From positions 32,001 to 96,000 of the forward strand of contig CAVVHS010000003.1 of NCBI GenBank assembly GCA_963748215.1: DNA of 64,000 nucleotides. Reading direction: 5' to 3'. Position 1 is the stretch's first letter; every line of letters starts with the position of its first letter. The notes under the pieces were generated by a model that searched no databases, was not told the DNA's origin, and worked only from the letters and a program-made list of their open reading frames with translations. Shown here piece by piece: positions 30,523 through 44,454 of the stretch. Source of the DNA: an uncultured Gammaproteobacteria bacterium. GTDB lineage: Bacteria; Pseudomonadota; Gammaproteobacteria; UBA9214. The translations under genes were made by a program, and so were the position numbers.

Positions 30523-30903
30523 ACGGTGAAGATACTGGAAACAGCCTGCCATTGGCCACACGGAATATCCCGCACAGGCTTCGGTGACATGGTGAGAAAG
30601 AGGATGAACCCGATGCCGGCGTGGCGGGTATATTTACCACCTTCGGCACGAGCGGGGCGGCGCCTGACCGAATGATGGCGGATGCACAGGGATTGGAAAA
30701 AAAACGGCGGTCATCCCCTGCACCTGTCTTGCCGGGTGCGCCGGCCAGCCGTCATGTTCCTCGTACAGGCCGGTGACAGAGGCCTGCAGGGATGACACTA
30801 ACGTGCTCGCTGTATGCTGCGCCGATCATTACCGCCGGATGATGCCGCGTCTATCCACGCGCCATGAACCCGACATGCGCAGATGTCGCTCTCCCCTGCA
30901 GTC

Positions 30904-31704
30904 TCAGGGTTGCGGTCGAACTGCGGCGGGCGCGGTCGGTGCGGGGTTGGCCGGTGCGGGTGTAGCCGGCGCCGGCGGTCTGGCCGGCTTTATCGCAGCC
31001 TCAGCCGTTGCACTCGCCGTTGCGGCCTTGTCGAAGCAGTGGATGTATGCTGAGGTTCCTTCTGTGCTGACATAGGAAATCAGGCATTCCTTGTGGTTGG
31101 CCTCGTCCACTATCTTCCTTACAACCAGGTCGCCCTCGCGCAGGTAGCCCTGCTGCGAGATCCCGCCCTTGCCACTGCCCATGCTGTCATAGCAGGCCAG
31201 CGTAGGATTGGCGCTGCCGACTCTCACGAATGCGATCAGGCAGGTCTTGGTGCTGTCAGCATCGAGCACGCGTTCAATTTCCAGGTCGCCCTCGCGCAGG
31301 TGACCGGTGCGCTGGATATCGTCCTTGGCCGTGGGGCTGCTCCGGTAACAGTCGATTGCCGGTGCGGTGCCTTCGGCGCTGACGTAGGCCACCAGGCAGG
31401 ATACGTTATTCAGCCTGTCCTTGATCTTGCGGACGACCAGTTTGCCCTTCTTGAAGTGCCCGGTCTGGCTGACATTGGACCGGTAGCCACCCCGCGTGTC
31501 ATAGCAGCTCATCACTGGGCTGGTGCCCAGGGTCCTGACATAGAATGCCAGGCAGATCTTGTTGCTTTCGAGATCCGTGACGGTGCGCACGATCAGGTCG
31601 CTTTCGCGCAATGTACCGGTCTGCACCAGCAATGTGGATTGATAATCTTCAGCCGCCGCGAGTATCGGCAGGCCTGACAACAGCAGCGCAAGCAACCTTT
31701 TCAT
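30904..31704 (-). CDS. Secreted protein of four ~52-aa repeats, each with C-X15-C, plus Pro/Ala tail
   Basis: Signal peptide; GGAGGAG RBS; four alignable repeats. Confidence 0.85.
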   Translation of the reverse strand: MKRLLALLLSGLPILAAAEDYQSTLLVQTGTLRESDLIVRTVTDLESNKICLAFYVRTLGTSPVMSCYDTRGGYRSNVSQTGHFKKGKLVVRKIKDRLNNVSCLVAYVSAEGTAPAIDCYRSSPTAKDDIQRTGHLREGDLEIERVLDADSTKTCLIAFVRVGSANPTLACYDSMGSGKGGISQQGYLREGDLVVRKIVDEANHKECLISYVSTEGTSAYIHCFDKAATASATAEAAIKPARPPAPATPAPANPAPTAPAAVRPQP

Positions 31705-32018
31705 TGTTCTCCTCCTATTATCCGGTTGATACCGATACCCTTTCGGGTATGACGGCTGTCGCTCCGTCCGGGTGCGAAATATTGCATAATCTTGTATGTA
31801 GCGATATGACAGTAAATAATTATAAATCGCAAACTATGGCGCTATACGCAATCATAATGTAATACCGATTGTGTATACGGCGTGTTTGACATAGGTCAGG
31901 TAAAGTGGAAATTACATATGCTTTTATTGACACTGGCCTGATGGATAAGCCCCCTTGGGATGATCCGGCTTGAGTGTATAACATCATAATACTAAAGGAA
32001 AAAAATGGAGGTAATGGT

Positions 32019-32360
32019 ATGGTGAAACGTTACACAATTATGCTATCTGCTGTGGTCCTTGCCTTGGGGATGAGCGCTGTGCAGGCCTTCAATTTTATGA
32101 ATCCGGGCGACTGGTTCGATAATGACCGCCATGATCGCTATGACCGGGGCTATTACGGTGGCTATGGTCCGTACGGCGGTGGACCCTATGGCTGGGGTGG
32201 TGGCGGACCCTATGGCTGGGGTGGTGGCGGTCCCTATGGCTGGGGTGGTGGTCCCTATGGCTGGGGTGGTGGTCCCTATGGCGGGCAACCGAGCACGATA
32301 GTCGTTACCCCGTCGTCAGGTGACAGTAAGGCTGCTCCCCCCCCCAAAGTTCCCGAGTAA
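32019..32360 (+). CDS. Sulfur globule envelope-type protein (Sgp-like)
   Basis: Sec signal ending VQA; mature start FNFMNPGDWF; Gly/Tyr/Trp/Pro repeats GPYGWGG(G); GGAGG RBS. Confidence 0.75.
   Translation: MVKRYTIMLSAVVLALGMSAVQAFNFMNPGDWFDNDRHDRYDRGYYGGYGPYGGGPYGWGGGGPYGWGGGGPYGWGGGPYGWGGGPYGGQPSTIVVTPSSGDSKAAPPPKVPE
32181..32282 (+). repeat. Coding tandem repeat (two 24-nt, two 21-nt and one partial unit)
   Basis: GGWCCCTATGGCTGGGGTGGT(GGC) repeated; encodes GPYGWGG(G). Confidence 0.9.
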
Positions 32361-32484
32361 CCTGCGGTAGCCGGGCTGCCGGGGCCGGTATTCCACGAGC
32401 CTCGCATGCTTGCCGGAATTGTTATTCGTGGTCGCCATGCAGGATCAGCAGGGGAATGTCTGACCCCTGTCGCAGAGGCGGGGA

Positions 32485-33336
32485 TTATGCCCTGTTACTC
32501 AATCCCAGGTTGGTCCATACCGCCAGTGCCGGTTCTGCACGGTTCAACGTGTAGAAATGCAGGCCTGGTGCGCCATGCGCCAGCAGTCGTTCGCACAGAC
32601 CGGTAACGACTTCCTCACCGAAGGCGCGGATGGACTTGAGGTCCTCACCGTAGGATTCCAGGCGCCTGCGTATCCAGCGCGGTATTTCCGCGCCGCAGGC
32701 ATCGGAGAAGCGTACCAGCTGATAGTAGTTGGTGATGGGCATGATGCCCGGCACGATCGGGATGTGAATGTCCTGCTTCGCGCAACGACCGATGAAGTTC
32801 AGGTAGGCATCCGCATTGAAGAAATACTGGGTGATCGCGCTGTCGGCCCCGGCTGCCACCTTGCGTTTGAAGTTGGCCAGGTCGCGGTCGGGGCTCGTGG
32901 CCTGCGGGTGGTATTCCGGGTAGGCGGCGACCTCGATGTGGAAGTGATCGCCGGTTGTCTCGCGGATGAATGCGACCAGTTCGTTGGCGTAGCGAAATTC
33001 GCCGGCCTCGACCATGCCGGAGGGCATGTCGCCGCGCAATGCCACGATATGCCGGATGCCCTTTGCCATGTAACCATCTAGCATCTCGCTGATATTGTCG
33101 CGTGTCGAACAGATGCAGGACAGGTGCGGTGCGGTTTCGATGCCTGATTTGGCCTGGATATCGGCAACGGTCTCAAAGGTGCGGTCGCGGGTGGAGCCGG
33201 CGGCGCCGAAGGTGACCGAAAAGAAGCGCGGCTTGAGCGTGGCAAGTTTCAGGCAGGTGGCTTCCAGTTTCGCTATTCCGTCCGCGGTCTTGGGCGGGAA
33301 GAACTCGAAGCTGAAGGTTGCGCGGTTGGTATCCAT
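32485..33336 (-). CDS. metF: 5,10-methylenetetrahydrofolate reductase
   Basis: SFEFFPPKT, VALRGD, AAYPEYHP, ITQYFF, LHFYTLN. Confidence 0.96.
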   Translation of the reverse strand: MDTNRATFSFEFFPPKTADGIAKLEATCLKLATLKPRFFSVTFGAAGSTRDRTFETVADIQAKSGIETAPHLSCICSTRDNISEMLDGYMAKGIRHIVALRGDMPSGMVEAGEFRYANELVAFIRETTGDHFHIEVAAYPEYHPQATSPDRDLANFKRKVAAGADSAITQYFFNADAYLNFIGRCAKQDIHIPIVPGIMPITNYYQLVRFSDACGAEIPRWIRRRLESYGEDLKSIRAFGEEVVTGLCERLLAHGAPGLHFYTLNRAEPALAVWTNLGLSNRA

Positions 33337-33434
33337 GGCACGGCTGGTCAGTTCATTTCACCGCAGGAATGCAGCGTGTAAGGTGAATCACACCGCTGGC
33401 CCCGCAGAGCCGGGGGCAGCGGTGCCTATGGTTG

Positions 33435-34848
<1,414 letters not shown>

Positions 34849-34852
<4 letters not shown>

Positions 34853-36042
34853 GAAATTCCTCTCGTCGTCGATTCGTTAACGGCCGGCTCGTCGCGCAGG
34901 GTGTCGGCCAGGTCGGTGTTTTCCCAGGTGAAGCGGTCACCCGTACGGCCGAAATGGCCATACGCGGCGGTATCGCGGTAACCGGGCCTGAGCAGGTCCA
35001 GCATCTTCACCATGCCGCGCGGCCGCAGGTCGAAATGTTTGCGCACCAGTGCCACCAGGCGTGCCTCGTCCACCTTGCCGGTACCGAAGGTATTGATGCT
35101 GATGGACGTCGGCTCGGCGACGCCGATGGCATAGGAAACCTGTATCTCGCACCTGTCGGCCAGGCCGGCGGCAACGATGTTCTTGGCCACGTAACGCGCG
35201 GCATAGGCGGCCGAACGATCCACCTTGCTGGGATCCTTGCCGGAAAACGCGCCGCCACCGTGCCGGGCCATGCCGCCATAGGTGTCGACGATGATCTTGC
35301 GGCCGGTCAGGCCGCAGTCACCCATCGGGCCGCCGATGACAAAGCGGCCGGTCGGGTTGATGTGAATGTTTTCCTGCTTGCACTGATCGAGCCACTCTGC
35401 CGGGATGACCGGCTTGATGATCTCGTCCATGACCGCCTCGCGGATGGCCTTGAGACCGATGTCCGGATCGTGCTGGGTCGACAGCACCACGGCCTCGACG
35501 CCGACCGGGCGGTCGTTTTCATATCTAAAGGTAAGCTGGCTCTTGGCGTCCGGACGCAGCCACGGCAGGGTGCCGTTCTTGCGCACCTCGGCCTGGCGTT
35601 CCACCAGCCGGTGGGCATAGGTGATCGGCGCCGGCATCAGCACATCGGTCTCGTTGCTGGCGTAGCCGAACATCAGCCCCTGGTCGCCGGCACCCTGTTC
35701 GCGGTCTTCCGACTCGTCCACGCCCATGGCGATATCCGGAGACTGCTTGCCGATGGCATTCAGCACCGCGCAGGACTCCCAGTCGAAGCCGATGTCCGAA
35801 CTGTTGTAGCCGATGTCACGTACCGTGTGTCGCACGATGGCCTCGAGATCCACCCATGCGCTGGTGGTGACCTCGCCGGCGATCATGACCATGCCGGTCT
35901 TGACCAGTGTCTCGACGGCCACGCGCGCCTGCGCATCCTGCTCGAGAATGCCGTCCAGCACCGCATCCGATATCTGGTCGGCGACCTTGTCCGGATGGCC
36001 TTCGGACACGGATTCTGATGTAAATATATGAAAATTAGACAT
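34849..36042 (-). CDS. metK: S-adenosylmethionine synthetase (true stop probably TAA at 34877-34879)
   Basis: [36 protein letters not shown]. Confidence 0.97.
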
Positions 36043-36156
36043 AATTTATACTTATTGGTCACACGGAACGGGCAAGTTTACCCTACGTTGGTGATATTTT
36101 CATCAGCACGCGTGTTGCATAGAGTACACATACTGCTGATGCATGAGGATTCTACT

Positions 36157-36729
36157 TTGGTTCGTACTGAGACACCGGTCTGCGAGTTCGGTTTACCCGC
36201 CGTCGATTTCGCGCTGCCCGGGACGGACGGGAAGACCTGGACACTCGCAGAATGCTGCGGTCCGCGCGGACTGCTGGTGATGTTTATCTGCAACCATTGC
36301 CCGTTTGTACAGGCAATCCGCGAACGGCTGGTGCGTGACACGCGGGAGTTGCGGGAACTGGGAGTCCACAGCGTGGCCATCATGTCCAACGATCCCCGCC
36401 AGTACCCGGAAGACAGCTTCGAGAATATGCGCGCGATCGCCGCACAGTATGATTTCCCGTTTCCCTACCTGCTGGACGAGACCCAGCAGGTCGCGCGTGC
36501 CTACGGCGCCGTCTGTACCCCTGATTTCTTCGGCTATAACAGTAAGTTGCAGCTGCAGTACCGGGGGCGCCTGGATGCCAGCGGCATGCAGGCGGCGGCA
36601 CCGGATGCGCGCCGTGACCTGTTCGAGGCCATGCGCCAGGTGGCCGGGACCGGCCAGGGGCCGATTGATCAGATCCCCAGTATTGGCTGCTCCATCAAGT
36701 GGCGCGATGCGGAGCCCGCAGGGACTTGA
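36157..36729 (+). CDS. Thioredoxin-fold (AhpC/TSA-like) redoxin
   Basis: MFICNHCPFV, YGAVCTPDFF, YRGRLD, PSIGCSIKW; TTG start behind GAGGA. Confidence 0.9.
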   Translation: MVRTETPVCEFGLPAVDFALPGTDGKTWTLAECCGPRGLLVMFICNHCPFVQAIRERLVRDTRELRELGVHSVAIMSNDPRQYPEDSFENMRAIAAQYDFPFPYLLDETQQVARAYGAVCTPDFFGYNSKLQLQYRGRLDASGMQAAAPDARRDLFEAMRQVAGTGQGPIDQIPSIGCSIKWRDAEPAGT

Positions 36730-36802
36730 TCCCGGTCAATAAGTTATTGTTATACCGTGATAAAATATCGACCGGCGAAATGGCGACCGCCGCGTCCTGC
36801 TA

Positions 36803-36831
36803 TTGCCGTAGCGGTCAAACTAGGGGAAAAT
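36803..36831 (+). promoter_or_regulatory. Putative sigma70 promoter upstream of the tkt leader
   Basis: TTGCCG-N17-GAAAAT followed by GC-rich discriminator AGCGCGCC. Confidence 0.5.
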
Positions 36832-36837
36832 AGCGCG

Positions 36838-36953
36838 CCTTGCCTGAAGGCAGGTGCCCGACGGCCGGCGGGAAGCTCGATACCGACAAGGCCTGCGCAA
36901 ACGACACGAACAATTGCCTCAGTGCAACTGAACTGGCACTGGAGGCTTTTTTT
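36838..36953 (+). ncRNA. Candidate small RNA or attenuated leader (~115 nt)
   Basis: Promoter-like site upstream, two hairpins, A/C-rich single-stranded stretch, terminator GCCTCAGTGC...GCACTGGAGGC-T7. Confidence 0.45.
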
Positions 36954-37058
36954 ATCGCTGAACCCGGACGCGCCGGCAGGCGCGCCTCGCCACACATGCT
37001 CGTGTCGGCGGTGCGGCGACAACGTTGACAGGAATTCAAATCAGAACAGGAGAAAACA

Positions 37059-40118
<3,060 letters not shown>

Positions 40119-40129
40119 GCCGTCAGGCA

Positions 40130-40173
40130 TTCAGTGGCCGGCTACCAGCCACGGCTGGTAGCCGGCCGCTGAA
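40130..40173 (+). other. Long intercistronic hairpin between gap and pgk
   Basis: TTCAGTGGCCGGCTACCAGCC-AC-GGCTGGTAGCCGGCCGCTGAA, 21-bp inverted repeat with one U-G pair, no U tract. Confidence 0.75.
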
Positions 40174-40250
40174 GGCTCCCGCTGAGTGGTTTCAGGCAAG
40201 GCACACCTTGGTCCTGAGATCTTTCAGAACTGTCAACAAGGAGATCAATC

Positions 40251-41435
40251 ATGTCCTTCATCAAGCTGACCGACCTCGACCTGGCTGGCAAGCGCGTGCT
40301 GATCCGCGCCGACCTCAATGTGCCGGTTAAAGACGGCAAGGTCACATCCGACGCGCGCATCAGCGCCTCCATGCCTACCATCGAACACTGCATGAAGGCA
40401 GGCGCCAAGGTCATGGTGATGTCGCACCGCGGCCGTCCCGTGGAGGGGGAGGTCGACGAGGAAAATTCGATGCAGCCGATTGCCGACGACATGTCGGCCA
40501 AGCTCGGCAAGCCGGTGCGCCTGGTCAAGGACTACCTCGATAACGCGCCGCACCTCGGCGATGGCGAGGTCGTGCTGTTCGAGAACGTGCGCTTCAACAC
40601 CGGCGAGAAAAAGGACGACGAGGCGCTGGCGAAAAAATATGCGGCCCTGTGCGACGTGTTCGTGATGGATGCCTTCGGCACCGCGCACCGTGCGCAGGCC
40701 TCGACCCACGGCGTGGGCAAGTTCGCCCCGATTGCCTGTGCCGGTCTGCTGCTGGCCGAGGAACTGGACGCACTGGCCAAGGCGCTGGCCAAACCGGCAC
40801 GCCCGATGGTGGCGATTGTCGGCGGTTCCAAGGTGTCGACCAAGCTGACCGTGCTGGAGGCGCTGTCCGACAAGGTCGATCAGCTGGTCGTCGGCGGCGG
40901 CATCGCCAATACCTTCCTCAAGGCCACCGGCAAGAACGTCGGCAAGTCGCTGTGCGAGGACGACCTGGTCCCGACCGCCCAGGCCCTGATCGAGAAGATG
41001 AAGGGGCGCGGCGCCAGTATCCCGATCGCCGTCGACGTGGTTTGCGGCAAGAAGTTCGATGAAAACGAGCCGGCTGTGCTGAAGGACGCGGGCGACGTTG
41101 AGGACGATGACATGATCTTCGATATCGGTCCGAAGTCCGCGCAGGAACTGGCCGACATCATCAGCAAGGCCGGCACCATTGTCTGGAACGGCCCGGTCGG
41201 CGTGTTCGAGTTTGACCAGTTCGGCGAGGGCACAAAAACCGTAGCCATGGCGATTGCCAATGCCAAGGGCTTCAGCCTGGCCGGCGGCGGCGACACCATT
41301 GCCGCCATCCAGAAGTACGATATCTTCGACAAGGTTTCCTATATTTCCACGGCCGGCGGCGCCTTCCTTGAATACCTGGAAGGCAAGACACTGCCAGCGG
41401 TCGCGATGCTGGAAGAACGGGCAAGTCAGCCATAA
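40251..41435 (+). CDS. pgk: Phosphoglycerate kinase
   Basis: [41 protein letters not shown]. Confidence 0.98.
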   Translation: MSFIKLTDLDLAGKRVLIRADLNVPVKDGKVTSDARISASMPTIEHCMKAGAKVMVMSHRGRPVEGEVDEENSMQPIADDMSAKLGKPVRLVKDYLDNAPHLGDGEVVLFENVRFNTGEKKDDEALAKKYAALCDVFVMDAFGTAHRAQASTHGVGKFAPIACAGLLLAEELDALAKALAKPARPMVAIVGGSKVSTKLTVLEALSDKVDQLVVGGGIANTFLKATGKNVGKSLCEDDLVPTAQALIEKMKGRGASIPIAVDVVCGKKFDENEPAVLKDAGDVEDDDMIFDIGPKSAQELADIISKAGTIVWNGPVGVFEFDQFGEGTKTVAMAIANAKGFSLAGGGDTIAAIQKYDIFDKVSYISTAGGAFLEYLEGKTLPAVAMLEERASQP

Positions 41436-41468
41436 CCGGCTTGCAGTCAGGTATCCGGGTTCGCATTT

Positions 41469-42914
41469 ATGCCAAGACGCACCAAGATTGTCGCGACGCT
41501 GGGTCCGGCCACTGACAAGGAAAATGTGCTCGATGACATGATCCGGGCCGGCATGGACGTGGTCAGGGTCAATTTCTCCCATGGCTCCCATGAAGACCAC
41601 CTGCGGCGTGCGGAGACGGTTCGCAACCGTGCGCGTGCGCACGGCCACCAGGTCGGTGTGCTCGCGGACCTGCAGGGGCCGAAGATCCGCATCGAACGTT
41701 TCAGCGAAGGCCGTATCCTGCTGGAAAAGGGTGAAAACTTCATACTGGATGCCGCGCTGGGTGCAGAAGGCGGCACCAATGAACGTGTCGGCGTAACCTA
41801 CAAGGGCCTGCCCGGCGACGTGGCGCGTGGCGACACGCTGCTGCTGGACGACGGCATGCTGGAGTTATGGGTCGAGGACGTGGTCGATGCCGAGGTGCGC
41901 TGCCGGGTGATGGTCGGCGGCTACCTGAGCAACAGCAAGGGTATCAACCGGCTGGGTGGTGGCCTGACAGCAAAGACGCTGACCGACAAGGACCGTGATG
42001 ACATCCGATTCGCTGCGGAAATGGGCGCCGACTACGTGGCGATTTCCTTCCCGCGCTCGGCCGAGGATATTCACGAGGCGCGCGAGCTGCTGCGCGCAGC
42101 CGGGGGGCATGGCGGCATCGTTGCGAAAATCGAGCGTGCCGAGGCACTGAACGCACTGGAAGAGATCATCAAGGCCGCAGATGTCGTGATGATCGCGCGT
42201 GGTGACCTGGGTGTGGAGATCGGTGATGCCGAATTACCAGCCGTACAGAAGCGCATCATTTCCATCGCGCGTTCGATGGATCGGGTGGTGATCACGGCCA
42301 CGCAGATGATGCAGTCGATGGTGGAAAGTCCGATACCGACGCGTGCGGAGGTATTCGATGTCGCCAACGCCGTGATCGATGGCACCGATGCGGTAATGCT
42401 GTCGGCCGAGACCGCGGCCGGGCGCTATCCGGCCAAGGTGATCGAGGCGATGGACCGCATCTGCGCCGGCGCCGAGCGCCAGCGAATCACCGCGGCGGCG
42501 GAGCGGCGCATCAGCATGCGATTCAAGCGTGCGGACGAGGCGATCGCCAAGGCCACGATGTACACCGCCAACAGCCTGGGCGTCAAGGCTATCGCGGCGC
42601 TGACCGAGTCGGGCGCCACGCCGCTGTGGATGTCACGCATCAGTTCGGGTATTCCTATTTTCGCCATGACACGGCACGTCGAGACGCGCCGCAAGGTGAC
42701 GTTGTATCGCGGTGTTTATCCGGTGAGCTTCGATGTCACCACGCCCGACCATGCAACGGTCAACATGGAAGCCATCGACGAGCTGGTACGGCGCGGCGCC
42801 GTGCGTGACGGCGACATGGTCATCATCACCAAGGGTGACCTGATGGGCGTGCACGGTGGCACCAATGCCATGAAGATCATCATGGTGGGTGAGCACGAGA
42901 TCATCGAGCAGTAG
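41469..42914 (+). CDS. pyk: Pyruvate kinase
   Basis: RRTKIVATLGP, NFSHG, DLQGPKIR, IARGDLGVE, ATQMM. Confidence 0.97.
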   Translation: MPRRTKIVATLGPATDKENVLDDMIRAGMDVVRVNFSHGSHEDHLRRAETVRNRARAHGHQVGVLADLQGPKIRIERFSEGRILLEKGENFILDAALGAEGGTNERVGVTYKGLPGDVARGDTLLLDDGMLELWVEDVVDAEVRCRVMVGGYLSNSKGINRLGGGLTAKTLTDKDRDDIRFAAEMGADYVAISFPRSAEDIHEARELLRAAGGHGGIVAKIERAEALNALEEIIKAADVVMIARGDLGVEIGDAELPAVQKRIISIARSMDRVVITATQMMQSMVESPIPTRAEVFDVANAVIDGTDAVMLSAETAAGRYPAKVIEAMDRICAGAERQRITAAAERRISMRFKRADEAIAKATMYTANSLGVKAIAALTESGATPLWMSRISSGIPIFAMTRHVETRRKVTLYRGVYPVSFDVTTPDHATVNMEAIDELVRRGAVRDGDMVIITKGDLMGVHGGTNAMKIIMVGEHEIIEQ

Positions 42915-43021
42915 ATTTCCGCCGGCGACCATGACCGTTTCCGGCACGACGGTGACTGACTGGGAAAGTCAGCAGTTTTTTTCAACTAGACAAATAACCA
43001 GGTGGTTTTGAGGAGAAGACA

Positions 43022-44086
43022 ATGGCCATTATATCGTTACGCCAGTTACTGGACCACGCTGCCGAGCACGGCTACGGCTGTCCGGCTTTCAATGTAAACA
43101 ACATGGAGCAGATGCATGCCATCATGGAGGCAGCGGACGAGACCGACAGTCCCGTGATCTGCCAGGCATCCGCAGGTGCGCGTTCCTACGCGGGTGCGCC
43201 GTTCCTGCGTCATCTGATCCAGGCCGCTGTTGAACAGTGGCCGCACATCCCGGTTGTCGTACACCAGGATCACGGCGCCTCGCCGGCCGTTTGCCAGCGT
43301 TCGATCCAGCTGGGTTTCAGTTCGGTGATGATGGATGGTTCGCTGGGCGAGGACATGAAGACCCCGATGAGCTACGAATACAATGCCGAGGTGACGGCAC
43401 GCACTGTCGCCATGGCGCACGCCTGCGGCGTGTCCGTGGAGGGCGAGCTGGGTTGCCTGGGTTCGCTGGAAACCGGCATGGCCGGCGAGGAAGACGGCTC
43501 GGGCGCCGAGGGCAAGCTGGATCACTCGCAGCTGCTGACTGACCCGGAAGAGGCCGCACGCTTCGTCGAGGATACCAAGTGTGATGCACTGGCAATCGCC
43601 ATCGGCACCAGCCACGGTGCCTACAAGTTCACCCGCCCGCCGACCGGCGACATCCTGGCCATAGAGCGCATCAAGGCAATCCATGCGCGCATCCCGGACA
43701 CCCACCTGGTGATGCATGGTTCCTCATCGGTGCCGCAGGAGTGGCTGAAGATCATCAACGAAAACGGTGGCGCGATGGGCGAGACCTACGGCGTGCCGGT
43801 CGAGGAAATCCAGGAAGGCATCAAGCACGGCGTGCGCAAGGTCAATATCGATACCGATCTGCGCATGGCCTCCACCGGTGCCATCCGCAAGTACCTCTTC
43901 GAGCACCCGGCCGACTTCGATCCGCGCAAGTACCTGAAGGCCGCGACCAAGGGCATGAAGGATATCTGCAGGGCCCGTTACGAGGCGTTCGGCACGGCCG
44001 GCAATGCATCCCGGATCAAGCCGATCAACCTGGAAGACATGTACAAGCGCTACGCTTCGGGCGAGCTGGATCCGCGCGTTAACTAG
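43022..44086 (+). CDS. fba: Class II fructose-bisphosphate aldolase (Calvin-cycle subtype)
   Basis: [41 protein letters not shown]. Confidence 0.96.
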   Translation: MAIISLRQLLDHAAEHGYGCPAFNVNNMEQMHAIMEAADETDSPVICQASAGARSYAGAPFLRHLIQAAVEQWPHIPVVVHQDHGASPAVCQRSIQLGFSSVMMDGSLGEDMKTPMSYEYNAEVTARTVAMAHACGVSVEGELGCLGSLETGMAGEEDGSGAEGKLDHSQLLTDPEEAARFVEDTKCDALAIAIGTSHGAYKFTRPPTGDILAIERIKAIHARIPDTHLVMHGSSSVPQEWLKIINENGGAMGETYGVPVEEIQEGIKHGVRKVNIDTDLRMASTGAIRKYLFEHPADFDPRKYLKAATKGMKDICRARYEAFGTAGNASRIKPINLEDMYKRYASGELDPRVN

Positions 44087-44102
44087 GCGTCCACGGTGAC
44101 GG

Positions 44103-44130
44103 AAAAAGGCGGCGCAAGCCGCCTTTTTTT
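44103..44130 (+). terminator. Bidirectional intrinsic terminator after fba
   Basis: AAAAAGGCGGC-GCAA-GCCGCCTTTTTTT. Confidence 0.9.
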
Positions 44131-44147
44131 ATTGGCGTGCCGGGCCG

Positions 44148-44395
44148 CTTGCCCGCATTTCTCACCGGGATCCCGGATGCTGGCGCAGTGCTCGTGTGAC
44201 TGGACGCCGCTCTGGAATGAAAGTGGTAGCCGTAGCTACCACTTGAATGAAGAGCAAGTACGGGTGCACGAGAACCAGCCAGGGCCGGGATAGGCGCCGC
44301 CCGAAGACACACTGTTTGTAGCTGAATGGGCATCGCTTTCATGATTTCAATTGTTTATGTCCGTCAACAGCCGCCCGGTGAGAAATGCGGGCTAG
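44148..44395. mobile_element. MITE-like non-autonomous element (248 bp)
   Basis: Perfect 19-bp terminal inverted repeat GCCCGCATTTCTCACCGGG (44151-44169 / 44374-44392) extending to CTTG/CTAG; no transposase inside. Confidence 0.65.
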
Positions 44396-44454
44396 CCAGC
44401 CGTGTTAACCAGTTAACGTGTCATGGCCCGGGGGCGGGTATAATCGGTCCTGCC

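Noticed and set aside
32181-32282. Possible CRISPR or non-coding repeat array
   Set aside because: Units abut without spacers, are multiples of 3 and encode GPYGWGG. No cas genes are present.
34853-34880. SAH or SAM riboswitch before ahcY or metK
   Set aside because: The metK-ahcY gap is only ~24 nt, and I see no recognisable aptamer core upstream of metK.
36897-36960. tmRNA-like resume sequence GCAAACGAC encoding ANDTNN...
   Set aside because: No tRNA-like acceptor ends, no terminal AA-stop and the wrong length. It is treated as coincidence inside the candidate sRNA.
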